Notes under the pieces: generated by a model
Told to the model about the DNA's origin: nothing
What the model saw: the letters and a program-made list of their open reading frames with translations, nothing else
Database searches by the model: none
Position numbers and translations under genes: made by a program
Shown here: piece after piece, positions 1 to 9,048 of the stretch
Position numbering within the stretch: the stretch's first letter is position 1
How the letters are laid out: the number at the start of each line of letters is the position of its first letter
Assembly (NCBI RefSeq): GCF_000018785.1
Contig: NC_010163.1
Span: 240,001-272,000, forward strand
From: Acholeplasma laidlawii PG-8A
GTDB lineage: Bacteria > Bacillota_I > Bacilli_A > Acholeplasmatales > Acholeplasmataceae
Length of the DNA: 32,000 bases
Reading direction: 5' to 3'

Positions 1-1
1 T

Positions 2-73
2 ATCATGTCAGCCGCAAGTGATTTTGAACAATTATTTGATTTTGTAGAAAAATTGGAAATTGATTATAAATAA
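2..73 (+). CDS. C-terminal tail of an unidentified protein, truncated by the window edge (...IMSAASDFEQLFDFVEKLEIDYK*)
   Basis: Open frame from base 2 to TAA at 71-73, followed directly by a rho-independent terminator. Confidence 0.55.
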   Translation: MMSAASDFEQLFDFVEKLEIDYK

Positions 74-86
74 TAAGATAAAAAAT

Positions 87-115
87 AGAGACAATTTAAT
101 CGTCTCTGTTTTTTA
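87..115 (+). terminator. Rho-independent terminator
   Basis: AGAGAC...GTCTCT stem (87-92/102-107) followed by a T-rich run GTTTTTTAT. Confidence 0.75.
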
Positions 116-127
116 TAATGTATGTAT

Positions 128-652
128 TTAGTATGTATAAAAATAAATTAGCGGTGCATCTTTTTTTGTAATATGAGGAAGTCTTATGACTTCATACTTA
201 ATATCTTGTTTATCTAAAAAAGATTGTAGAGCGACTTGTTCAATTATGCCTTCAGTATGGCCTGGGTAAGCAACAATCAAGACAAATCCTTGATTTTTTT
301 CATGTAAGGATTTTAAAGTGTTTACAGTAGATATGTGGTGAGTAGTAATACTTTTATCACCTTTTGGTAGGTAACCCAGATTAAAGATGACACCATCATA
401 ATTTGAGATGAGTTTTGTTATATGTTCATGTGATGTATGATGGTATGTAATATTGTCTAAATCTTTCGTGAGAGATCTAGTATTATCTAGTGCCTCTTGT
501 TGAATATCAAATGCATGTACATGTTCTACTCTAGATGCCAAAAACAAAGTATCATGACCATTACCACAGGTAGCATCAACAATCGTCATATGTGGTTTAA
601 TATGTTTTAATAAGATATTGTGTGCGAGATCAATTACGTTTGCTTTCTTCAT
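128..652 (-). CDS. mnmM: Class I SAM-dependent methyltransferase, YtqB/MnmM-like (tRNA mnm5s2U methylation)
   Basis: ORF 174 aa; TIVDATCGNGHDTLFLA motif I, IFNLGYLPKGDK motif typical of the YtqB family; next to a YtqA-like radical SAM gene. Confidence 0.8.
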   Translation of the reverse strand: MKKANVIDLAHNILLKHIKPHMTIVDATCGNGHDTLFLASRVEHVHAFDIQQEALDNTRSLTKDLDNITYHHTSHEHITKLISNYDGVIFNLGYLPKGDKSITTHHISTVNTLKSLHEKNQGFVLIVAYPGHTEGIIEQVALQSFLDKQDIKYEVIRLPHITKKDAPLIYFYTY

Positions 653-1574
653 AGTAAGCTCCTTGAAATAGCCCTAATTTTCTTAATCGCTTATCAATTT
701 CATTAGAAACAACAAACTTCTTTTTTGTCCAAAGTGGCGCGATTAACATCTCTTCTGGTGCATCACCAGTGACACGGTGAACAATGATATCCGGTCTTAA
801 CCAAAGAAGTTGGTCAGTTGTAATATCAACATACTCTTCAAGTGTTAATAACTCCCAAGGGTTTTGTATGTAATCATAACCCATCTTTGTTTTTTCCATT
901 AAGTGAAGCATATGGATTTTAATGCCTTGAATAGGTAGCGTATTTAAGTGTTTAACAGTATCTAACATCATCTTTTTATCTTCTGTTGGAAGACCGTTAA
1001 TAATGTGTACAACCACTTCAATACCACGTTTATGTAACCTTAAAACCGCATCATCAAAGGTTTTTAGGTCGTGAGCACGATTGATCAAATCACTAGTAGA
1101 CTGGTGTATCGTTTGAAGTCCTAGTTCCACTTGAACAGGCATTCTAGTATTTAGTTCTTCTAAGTAATCTAAAACATCCTCAGGTAATGAATCAGGTCTA
1201 GTACCTAGTGATATCATCACGATTTTTGGATCAAGTGTAATTGCTTCTTCATAAATTTCTTTTAATCTAGGAAGTGGTGCATGGGTGTTTGTGTTTGCTT
1301 GGAAGTAGGCAATGTATAAGCCGTCTTTCCATTTTTTATGCATTTGTTGTTTGATGTTTTCAAACTGCACTTTTAAAGAATCTCTTTTATCTCCGGCAAA
1401 GTCACCTGAACCCATCCAAGAACAAAAGGTGCATCCACCGGATGCAACTGTTCCATCAATGTTTGGGCAAGTAAAGCCTGCGTTTAAAGCAACTTTAAAC
1501 ACTTTTTGATTATAAGTTTTTCTGTAATAATTATTTAATGTGTTGTAATGTTTTTCTTTTGTTAGTAAGTTCAT
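630..1574 (-). CDS. mnmL: TIGR01212-family radical SAM protein, YtqA/MnmL-like
   Basis: ORF 314 aa; N-terminal CPNIDGTVASGGCTFC cysteine cluster, SLGTRPDSLP, VELGLQTIH; overlaps the mnmM start by 23 bp. Confidence 0.78.
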   Translation of the reverse strand: MNLLTKEKHYNTLNNYYRKTYNQKVFKVALNAGFTCPNIDGTVASGGCTFCSWMGSGDFAGDKRDSLKVQFENIKQQMHKKWKDGLYIAYFQANTNTHAPLPRLKEIYEEAITLDPKIVMISLGTRPDSLPEDVLDYLEELNTRMPVQVELGLQTIHQSTSDLINRAHDLKTFDDAVLRLHKRGIEVVVHIINGLPTEDKKMMLDTVKHLNTLPIQGIKIHMLHLMEKTKMGYDYIQNPWELLTLEEYVDITTDQLLWLRPDIIVHRVTGDAPEEMLIAPLWTKKKFVVSNEIDKRLRKLGLFQGAYYEESKRN

Positions 1575-1646
1575 AGTTTCACCAATATTAATTTTATCAT
1601 AACTGTCCTATTATGTTATAATAATTTAAGAAGGAAGTATAACAAT

Positions 1647-2414
1647 ATGTACCAAAGATTTAAAAGAGCTCTGTTAATACCAAGTGAATTATACTTATAC
1701 CTAAAAGACTCATGGCTAAATGTTTGGGTTTACTTTTTTTTAATGCTCATGCTTACTGCACTACCTTTTATGATGATAAGCTGGGCAAACAATGGATTTA
1801 GTGATCGTAATAAAATAGAAATTAAAGATCAATTTGTTGAAAAACTAAGTGGAACTCACATCATAGTAGATGGTGAACTGATCGTTGAACAAGCATTTTT
1901 AAATCAAGATAAATACATGAATATAGATATCTATACGATTGGTATTGTCAATACACCAACAAGTCCAGAATACCAAGGTATTCGCATCATTTTAGTCAAA
2001 GATGGTGTAAAACTATATACCTTTGGTGTACTTGCTAAAACATATAGTTATGATGAGTTAGGTCTATCTAATTTTAATTTCTCAGATTATTCTTTAACAA
2101 ACATTGATAAATTCATTAGAGCTATGAATCTCATCGCCATAGAATATAGTGGGCCAACCAAAGTGTTTAGTAGTTTTGTTACACTGTTGTCATCGGCAAT
2201 AGAACTGATATTCTTTGTATTTATTTCTGCCACCTTTTCTAGAACACTCATTCCATTTAAATTCAAATTTAAAATAGCTATTTATGTGTTAACACCCTAT
2301 GTGGTGATGAGTTTGTTTGCATTATTTTTAGGTAGTGGATTATTTATATTTTTAGGAATCATTTTAATGATGATTTATATGCGTATAGCTTTTTCAAAGC
2401 TTAAAATGATATAG
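1647..2414 (+). CDS. DUF1189-family membrane protein
   Basis: ORF 255 aa; N-terminal RALLIPSELYLYLKDSWLNVWVYFF and C-terminal multi-TM segment typical of the DUF1189 family. Confidence 0.6.
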   Translation: MYQRFKRALLIPSELYLYLKDSWLNVWVYFFLMLMLTALPFMMISWANNGFSDRNKIEIKDQFVEKLSGTHIIVDGELIVEQAFLNQDKYMNIDIYTIGIVNTPTSPEYQGIRIILVKDGVKLYTFGVLAKTYSYDELGLSNFNFSDYSLTNIDKFIRAMNLIAIEYSGPTKVFSSFVTLLSSAIELIFFVFISATFSRTLIPFKFKFKIAIYVLTPYVVMSLFALFLGSGLFIFLGIILMMIYMRIAFSKLKMI

Positions 2415-2424
2415 GAGTGAAATC

Positions 2425-5400
2425 ATGTCAACCAAGTTTGATCTATTCTTACAACAAGCACAATTAAATACACACCCATTATCTACTGCATATTTAAATT
2501 CAGTTACTGTAAAGGTACGAGAAAAAACCTTAATATTTGATATAACATTTGATGAATTGATGTTACCAAGTGAAATGAGTTTATTTACCAATCAACTACA
2601 AACATTGTTTTTAAAAAAGGATGTTGTTTCACGTGTAGACTACCAGTTCACATTTAAACAAGCAGATTTATCAGCACACTATAAAACTTATTATGAAGCT
2701 TTAATTCATAAAGCTTCTGAAATTTTTCAACCCGTACTTATTTTTAAAAATTACACAGTTGAATATGAAAATAACATCTATACAATTTTAATTGAAAAAG
2801 ATAGTAGAGGGTTAAAAAAATATCTACCAGAATTAAAGAAATACTTTAAAAAACATGGTTTAGATGTTGATTTTACACTGAAGGTTAATGAGGATTTAAT
2901 CCCGGTTGCTGAACAAGTAAGACAAACCATTGAATCTCAAAAAGAGAGTATGGAGCGTCTAGTTAAAACAGCTGATGCTGTCATTTTAGATAAAAAGACA
3001 ACATTTAATAGAAAATCTAGTCCATCTGCTGTAGCTATTAGTGAAATACCTAAGAGTGCCTATGAACTTGATAAATACCAAAATGAAAAAGGCGATGTAA
3101 ACTTTTTAATTGAAGGTGAAGTGTTTAAAACTGAGGTTAGAGAACTTAAGAATACAAACCTTTTAACGATGTCTATTTTTGACAAGGATGATGCAATTAC
3201 AGTCAAAAGATTTGTAAGAGCACCTAAAGATGTTGCTTTAGCCAAAGAAGTTAAAGTTGGAGATATTATCCAAGTATCTGGTCGTGCAGAATATGACACT
3301 TTCCAAAAAGAAGTCACAATCATGGCAACAGCCTTTTATCAAATCGAGCGACCTAAAAAGTTTGAACGTATCGATAAAGCAAAAGAAAAGCGTGTCGAGT
3401 TTCATATCCATACCAAAGCATCACCTATGGATGCAGTCACCTCAATTACCGATTATGTAGAAACCCTAGAAAGTTGGGGACATAAAGCTTTTGCGATTAC
3501 TGATAGAAATGGTTTATATGCTTATCCTGAACTACATAAAGCAATTAAAGGTAAAAAGATTAAACCAATATATGGTGTTCAACTAGATTATGTTGACGAT
3601 GAAGCTTTTTGGGTTGCTAAAGACTATCATGAAGATATTTTACTTAAAGAAGCAGTCTACACGGTTTTTGATATTGAAACCACAGGTTTTTCATTTACAA
3701 GAGATAAAATCATAGAAATTGCTGCATATAAAGTCAGAGGTGGATTTATTGCAGAACGTTTTGAAGTCTTAATTAATCCTGAAGAGCAGTTAAGTGAAAC
3801 TACAAAACGTATTACAAATATTACAGATGAAATGGTTGAAAACGAAAAAACCATTGAAGAAGTATTACCGACCTTCTTAGAATTTATTAAGGGCACTGTA
3901 TTAGTTGCTCATAATGCATCCTTTGATATCGGCTTTATCTATGAAAAATCTAGATTACTTGGTCTACAACATGAACCGTTTGCAGTTATAGATACTTTAA
4001 ATATTGCAAGATACTTTTATAACAACACGAATAAAGAAAAGAACCATGCAAGATTCTATGTCAATGATGCTGGCAATATTCCCGATCTAAAAAGATTTAA
4101 CTTAAAAGCTTTAACGAAGTTCTTTAAAGTCAATCTAGAAGCACATCACCGTGCTATCTATGATGCCTATGCAACTGCAGAAGTGTTTTTAAACATGCTA
4201 CAAGATTTCTATAAAGAAGAAATATATAGTTATTTTGAATTACAAGCATCCCTTGATATGAATGAAGTATGGCGTCATCCAATTCCCAAATACGCCACTG
4301 TTCTAGCTCAAACTCAAGAAGGTTATAAAAACTTATTCAAATTGGTATCTGATGCCTTAACTACACACTTTGACGGTGGCCCAAGATTATTAAAATCTGC
4401 CTTTCTAAAATATAGAGAAGGTTTATTAATTGGTAGTGGAACCGAACATAGTGAAGTATTTGAAGCTGCACTTAATTTAAATGATGAACAATTAAAAGAA
4501 GCAATCTCATTTTATGACTATATTGAGGTACAACCACTTAATGCATACCTGCATCTAGAAAAAGAAATCGGTGCACTCGGTAGAGAAGTCATTCAAGCAG
4601 CAATTAAAAAGATTATTACCTATGCAAAAGAGCAAAATAAAATAGTGATCGCATCTTCTAATGCCCACTATTTAAATCCAGAGGATAAAAAATATAGAGA
4701 AATATACATTCAAACAAAATCTGTTGGTGGTGGACTACACCCACTTGCAAACTATGAAACTTCACCAGACCAACATCTTCTAACAACCACTGAAATGTTG
4801 GATGCATTCTCATTTTTAGATCAACAAACAGCTTATGAGATAGTAGTTACGAATACGAACAAGTTAAGTGATATGTTTGAGAATGTACGAGCTTTTCCTA
4901 AAGAACTGTACTCTATTAAAGATCACGCATTTAAAGATACATTAGGTATTCCTTCAATTAAAGAACATGTTGAAGAAATGGTTATGAATGAAGCTAAAAG
5001 ATTATATGGTGATCCAATACATCCATATGTATTAGGTAGAGTTCAAAGAGAATTAACCAATATTATTGATAACCAATTTGCACCCATTTACTTTATTTCT
5101 CATTTATTAGTTAAAAAATCATTAGATGATGGCTACTTAGTAGGTTCTAGAGGATCTGTTGGATCTTCACTTGTAGCAACCTTAATGAATATTACAGAAG
5201 TCAACCCTTTAAGACCGCATTTCCGTTGTAAGAAGGGTGAATATGCAGTTTTTAAATTAACCGATGAAGAAATCTATGAACAAGGTGTAGATGCTAGAGA
5301 TGAACCGTTCATCGAAGTATTAAAACATGTCAAATCAGGTTATGACCTACCAGATATGAAGTGTCCTATTTGTGGGGAACTCATGCATAAAGATGGTCAT

Positions 5401-6939
5401 GATATTCCGTTTGAAACCTTCTTAGGTTTTGATGGGGATAAAATTCCTGATATCGACTTAAACTTTAGTGGAGATTATCAATCTAAAGCACATGATTATG
5501 TTAGAGAACTATTAGGTGAAGAATATACCTTTAGAGCAGGAACCATTCAAACAGTTGCTGAACGTAACGCATTTGGTTATGTTAAAGGTTATTTAGAATA
5601 CCTAGGTAAAGATGCAAGAAGTGCATATATTGAGCGTCTAGCTAAAGGTATTGAAGGTGTGAAACGTTCAACTGGTCAGCACCCTGGTGGGATTGTTGTT
5701 GTACCAAAGGATAAATCTATTTATGATGTCACACCAATTCAATATCCAGCAGATGATGTCAATAGTGCATGGAAGACAACACATTTTGATTACCATGCCT
5801 TTGAAGATAACTTACTAAAACTAGATATTCTAGGTCACGATGATCCAACCATGATCAAATTCTTAATGGACTATGTTAAAGAGCATCCAGAGGATTTCCC
5901 TTTTGATAATGCACAAGACATTCCACTGGATGATCCAAATGTCTACCGTTTATTCCAAGATACCTCGGTGATTGGATTAAAAGATAAAGATGATGTTTAT
6001 GGTGATATTGCAAGTTATGCAATTCCAGAATTTGGTACACCATTTACAAGACAAATGTTACAACAAACAAGACCTTCAACATTTGCAGGTTTGGTTAAAA
6101 TATCTGGTCTATCACACGGTACAGACGTGTGGTTAAAAAACTCACAAGAACTTGTATTAGGTTCAACCCAATTTGGGAAAATTTCATTCGATGACATTAT
6201 TGGTTGTCGAGACGATATTATGGTGGAGTTATCTGACCGTGGTATGAAAGAAGCTAAAGCATTTGAAATTATGGAGTTTGTCAGAAAGGGTAAACCTTCA
6301 TCAAACCCTAAAAAATGGGCTGAATATGAAAATGAGATGAAAGCAAGTAAGATACCTGATTGGTATATATGGAGTGCATCTCAAATTAAGTATATGTTCC
6401 CTAAAGCGCATGCGACTGCATATGTGATTATGGCAATGCGTATTGCATGGTTTAAGGTCTATAGTCCATTGTTATTCTATTCAAGTTTCTTTAGTAAACG
6501 TGCTGTGCAATTTGAGCATGACATTATGGTTGCAGGTACAAATGCAATTAGAAACAGAATTAATACTTTAAGAAATGACAATAACATTACTGCAAAAGAC
6601 CAGGATGTGATTGTGACACTTTTAGTCGCACTTGAAATGACTAAGCGTGGATTTAAGTTTTTACCGGTCAACATTAAAAAATCACACGCTAAAGAGTTTG
6701 TGATGGAAAAAAATGGATTACGTATGCCTTTTTCAAGTATTGATGGCCTTGGGTTACAAGCTGCAATCAATATTGTTGAAAATAGAGAAGAAAAACCTTA
6801 TAATTCAAAAGAAGATGCAAGAGTACGTGGAAAGTTAAACAAGACAGTATTTGAAAGATTAGATTTAGCTGGCGCATTTGATGACTTAGCAGATGTAAGT
6901 AGTGAACTTGATCATGGGTTATTTGCTCATAAATACTAA
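2425..6939 (+). CDS. polC: DNA polymerase III subunit alpha, Gram-positive PolC type (PHP + DnaQ-like exonuclease + polymerase)
   Basis: ORF 1504 aa; PHP motif FHIHTKASPMDAV, exonuclease motif YTVFDIETTGFS, polymerase DKIPDIDLNFSGDYQ, RTGTIQTVAE-type motif, zinc cysteines CPICG; RBS AGGAG upstream. Confidence 0.97.
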   Translation: MSTKFDLFLQQAQLNTHPLSTAYLNSVTVKVREKTLIFDITFDELMLPSEMSLFTNQLQTLFLKKDVVSRVDYQFTFKQADLSAHYKTYYEALIHKASEIFQPVLIFKNYTVEYENNIYTILIEKDSRGLKKYLPELKKYFKKHGLDVDFTLKVNEDLIPVAEQVRQTIESQKESMERLVKTADAVILDKKTTFNRKSSPSAVAISEIPKSAYELDKYQNEKGDVNFLIEGEVFKTEVRELKNTNLLTMSIFDKDDAITVKRFVRAPKDVALAKEVKVGDIIQVSGRAEYDTFQKEVTIMATAFYQIERPKKFERIDKAKEKRVEFHIHTKASPMDAVTSITDYVETLESWGHKAFAITDRNGLYAYPELHKAIKGKKIKPIYGVQLDYVDDEAFWVAKDYHEDILLKEAVYTVFDIETTGFSFTRDKIIEIAAYKVRGGFIAERFEVLINPEEQLSETTKRITNITDEMVENEKTIEEVLPTFLEFIKGTVLVAHNASFDIGFIYEKSRLLGLQHEPFAVIDTLNIARYFYNNTNKEKNHARFYVNDAGNIPDLKRFNLKALTKFFKVNLEAHHRAIYDAYATAEVFLNMLQDFYKEEIYSYFELQASLDMNEVWRHPIPKYATVLAQTQEGYKNLFKLVSDALTTHFDGGPRLLKSAFLKYREGLLIGSGTEHSEVFEAALNLNDEQLKEAISFYDYIEVQPLNAYLHLEKEIGALGREVIQAAIKKIITYAKEQNKIVIASSNAHYLNPEDKKYREIYIQTKSVGGGLHPLANYETSPDQHLLTTTEMLDAFSFLDQQTAYEIVVTNTNKLSDMFENVRAFPKELYSIKDHAFKDTLGIPSIKEHVEEMVMNEAKRLYGDPIHPYVLGRVQRELTNIIDNQFAPIYFISHLLVKKSLDDGYLVGSRGSVGSSLVATLMNITEVNPLRPHFRCKKGEYAVFKLTDEEIYEQGVDARDEPFIEVLKHVKSGYDLPDMKCPICGELMHKDGHDIPFETFLGFDGDKIPDIDLNFSGDYQSKAHDYVRELLGEEYTFRAGTIQTVAERNAFGYVKGYLEYLGKDARSAYIERLAKGIEGVKRSTGQHPGGIVVVPKDKSIYDVTPIQYPADDVNSAWKTTHFDYHAFEDNLLKLDILGHDDPTMIKFLMDYVKEHPEDFPFDNAQDIPLDDPNVYRLFQDTSVIGLKDKDDVYGDIASYAIPEFGTPFTRQMLQQTRPSTFAGLVKISGLSHGTDVWLKNSQELVLGSTQFGKISFDDIIGCRDDIMVELSDRGMKEAKAFEIMEFVRKGKPSSNPKKWAEYENEMKASKIPDWYIWSASQIKYMFPKAHATAYVIMAMRIAWFKVYSPLLFYSSFFSKRAVQFEHDIMVAGTNAIRNRINTLRNDNNITAKDQDVIVTLLVALEMTKRGFKFLPVNIKKSHAKEFVMEKNGLRMPFSSIDGLGLQAAINIVENREEKPYNSKEDARVRGKLNKTVFERLDLAGAFDDLADVSSELDHGLFAHKY

Positions 6940-7033
6940 TTGTATAAAATTACACATATTAAAGACTTATTTATTTAAAATGTTAAAATAAAGTTATAAT
7001 AATCTTGAAAAATGATGAAGAGGTGAAACGAAT

Positions 7034-7774
7034 ATGCGTAGTTCAAATCCAGTATTTACAAACTTGGAAAAACAAGCATTTACTGATAACTTAGAAGTTG
7101 CAACAAAATCAGGTATTACATTAAAAACGATTACTCTTGTAGTCATATCCTTAATCACTGGTTTTGCATCTATCTTCTTAGCACAAGTGATGCCAGAAGG
7201 TTTATTATTTGGTATTTTAATTAGTTCAGGTATCTTTGCATTCATATCAGTATTACTTGCAATGTTTGTACCTAAACTAGCTGCACCTATGAGTATTTTA
7301 TATGCAGTACTACAAGGTTTTACATACGGACTTTTAACTTGGGTGTTAGAAATGTACTTCCCAGGTGTTGCTTCCATTGCACTCCTTGGTACAGCACTTG
7401 TATTCGGTGTGATGTTCACACTATATAATACAGGTTTATTAAGAGGGTCTAACCTTTTAAGATCTGTTGTATTTGGTGCATTATTAACTGTATTAGTTGG
7501 ATCTTTAATCGTTGGTATTGTAGGTTTAGTCAATCCTGAATATATTAATGGATTCTTCTCATACGAAGTTACAATAGCAATCAGCTTAATTTTAATCGTT
7601 ATGGGTGCTTTAATGTTAACTCTTGACTTTGACCGTGCTGATAGTGTTGTAAAAATGGGACTTCCAAAACACTATGAATGGACTGTTTCTTTAGGTTTTA
7701 TGGTAACATTAATATGGATATATTATAATATCCTAAGATTAGCAGTTACAGTCATGGGTAGAAATAATAATTAA
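7034..7774 (+). CDS. Bax inhibitor-1/YccA family multi-pass membrane protein
   Basis: ORF 246 aa; about 7 hydrophobic segments, AVLQGFTYGLLTWVLE and C-terminal LTLDFDRAD...GLPKHYEWTVSLGFMVTLIWIYYNILRL typical of the family. Confidence 0.8.
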   Translation: MRSSNPVFTNLEKQAFTDNLEVATKSGITLKTITLVVISLITGFASIFLAQVMPEGLLFGILISSGIFAFISVLLAMFVPKLAAPMSILYAVLQGFTYGLLTWVLEMYFPGVASIALLGTALVFGVMFTLYNTGLLRGSNLLRSVVFGALLTVLVGSLIVGIVGLVNPEYINGFFSYEVTIAISLILIVMGALMLTLDFDRADSVVKMGLPKHYEWTVSLGFMVTLIWIYYNILRLAVTVMGRNNN

Positions 7775-7783
7775 AACGTTGAT

Positions 7784-8006
7784 ATAACAGCAGTAAAATA
7801 TATTCAATTCTTAACAAGCGATAAAGTGGGATAGTGGAAGCCACTTAAGAAACATATATTTGAATTCGGTTATGGAGTGAAGGGGTAAAATCCTTTCCGT
7901 AGATCTTACGTTACAAGAAATTAAGTGCCAAGATTTTTCTTGGAACTAAGGTGGTACCGCGATTGATCGTCCTTAGCGTATATTTATACGTCTAAGGACT
8001 TTTATT
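7784..8006 (+). promoter_or_regulatory. T-box riboswitch leader (tRNA-Phe responsive) controlling pheST
   Basis: T-box sequence AAGGTGGTACCGCG at 7948-7961; Stem I base ATAAC (7784-7788)/GTTAT (7869-7873); apical AGTGGAAGCC; GAA-TTC specifier region with TTC (Phe) at 7865-7867; terminator stem at 7969-7999; immediately upstream of pheS. Confidence 0.92.
7969..8006 (+). terminator. T-box regulated terminator
   Basis: GTCCTTAG (7969-7976) / CTAAGGAC (7992-7999) with extended CGTATA/TATACG pairing, then TTTTATTTT. Confidence 0.9.
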
Positions 8007-8034
8007 TTAAATTTGATAAGGAGAATTATAGAAA

Positions 8035-9048
8035 ATGAAGGAAAAAATAGATTCGATTGTTAAATCATTAAATGATAAAATCCATCCGGATTTAACATTA
8101 AATGATTTAGAAGCATTAAGAGTTGAGTATCTAGGAAAAAATGGTATTTTAACATCTCAAATGTCTCTAATTAGAACTTTACCAAATGAAGAAAAACCTA
8201 AGTTTGGTCAATGGATCAATGATGCAAAGGTTGCAATAGAACAAGTAATTAGTGATCAAAAAAACATATTACTTACAATAGCAATGAATGAACAATTAAA
8301 AAAAGAAACACTTGATGTTACAATGCCAGGGTTAAACTTTAAAAAAGGTAGCTTACACCCATTAACATTAGTGACTCAAGATTTAGAAGATTACTTTATT
8401 GGTTTAGGCTATAAAGTTGCTGAAGGTCCAGAACTAGAGTTAGATAAATATAACTTTGAAATGATGAATCTAGCAAGTGATCACCCTGCTAGAGAAATGC
8501 ATGATTCTTTTTATGTAACTCAAAATACATTACTAAGAACACATACATCTCCAATTCAAGCACGCTATATGGAAAAATCAAAGGGGCAACCAATCGCAAT
8601 TATTGCTCCAGGTAAAACCTATAGAAGAGATCCAGATGATCGTACGCACTCACACCAATTTATGCAATGTGAAGGTTTAGTCATTGATAAGGATGTGACA
8701 TTTGCACACCTTAAAGAAACGCTACTTGGTATGGCACGTCATATCTTTGGTGAAGAAAGAACGATTCGTTTAAGACCATCTTACTTCCCATTTACTGAAC
8801 CATCTGTTGAAGTCGATGTATCTTATGTGGACAGTGATGGTAAAACAGAGTGGATCGAAGTTTTAGGTGCTGGTATGGTACACCCAAATGTGTTAACTAT
8901 GGGTGGATATGATCCTAAAGTATACCGTGGGTTTGCTTTTGGGATTGGACTTGAACGTATTGCCATCTTAAAATATAAAATCGATGACATTCGTCAATTT
9001 TATACTAATGATCTACGCTTCTTAAATCAATTTAAAGGAGTCTTATAA
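8035..9048 (+). CDS. pheS: Phenylalanine--tRNA ligase subunit alpha
   Basis: ORF 337 aa; [17 protein letters not shown], FHxE-like GLVID region, [12 protein letters not shown]-like C-terminus; T-box(Phe) upstream and pheT downstream. Confidence 0.97.

Noticed and set aside
1312-1509. 65-aa plus-strand ORF with a cysteine-rich start
   Set aside because: Antisense to the cysteine-rich radical SAM region of the MnmL-like gene
3060-3896. Small ORFs on both strands inside polC (3060..3323, 3257..3460, 3657..3896), and also 6015..6197 and 6477..6770
   Set aside because: All lie within the intact PolC reading frame and have no recognisable motifs
6994-7533. 179-aa minus-strand ORF in the track
   Set aside because: Fully antisense to the clear Bax-inhibitor-1-like CDS; low-complexity composition typical of a shadow ORF, no RBS or family motif
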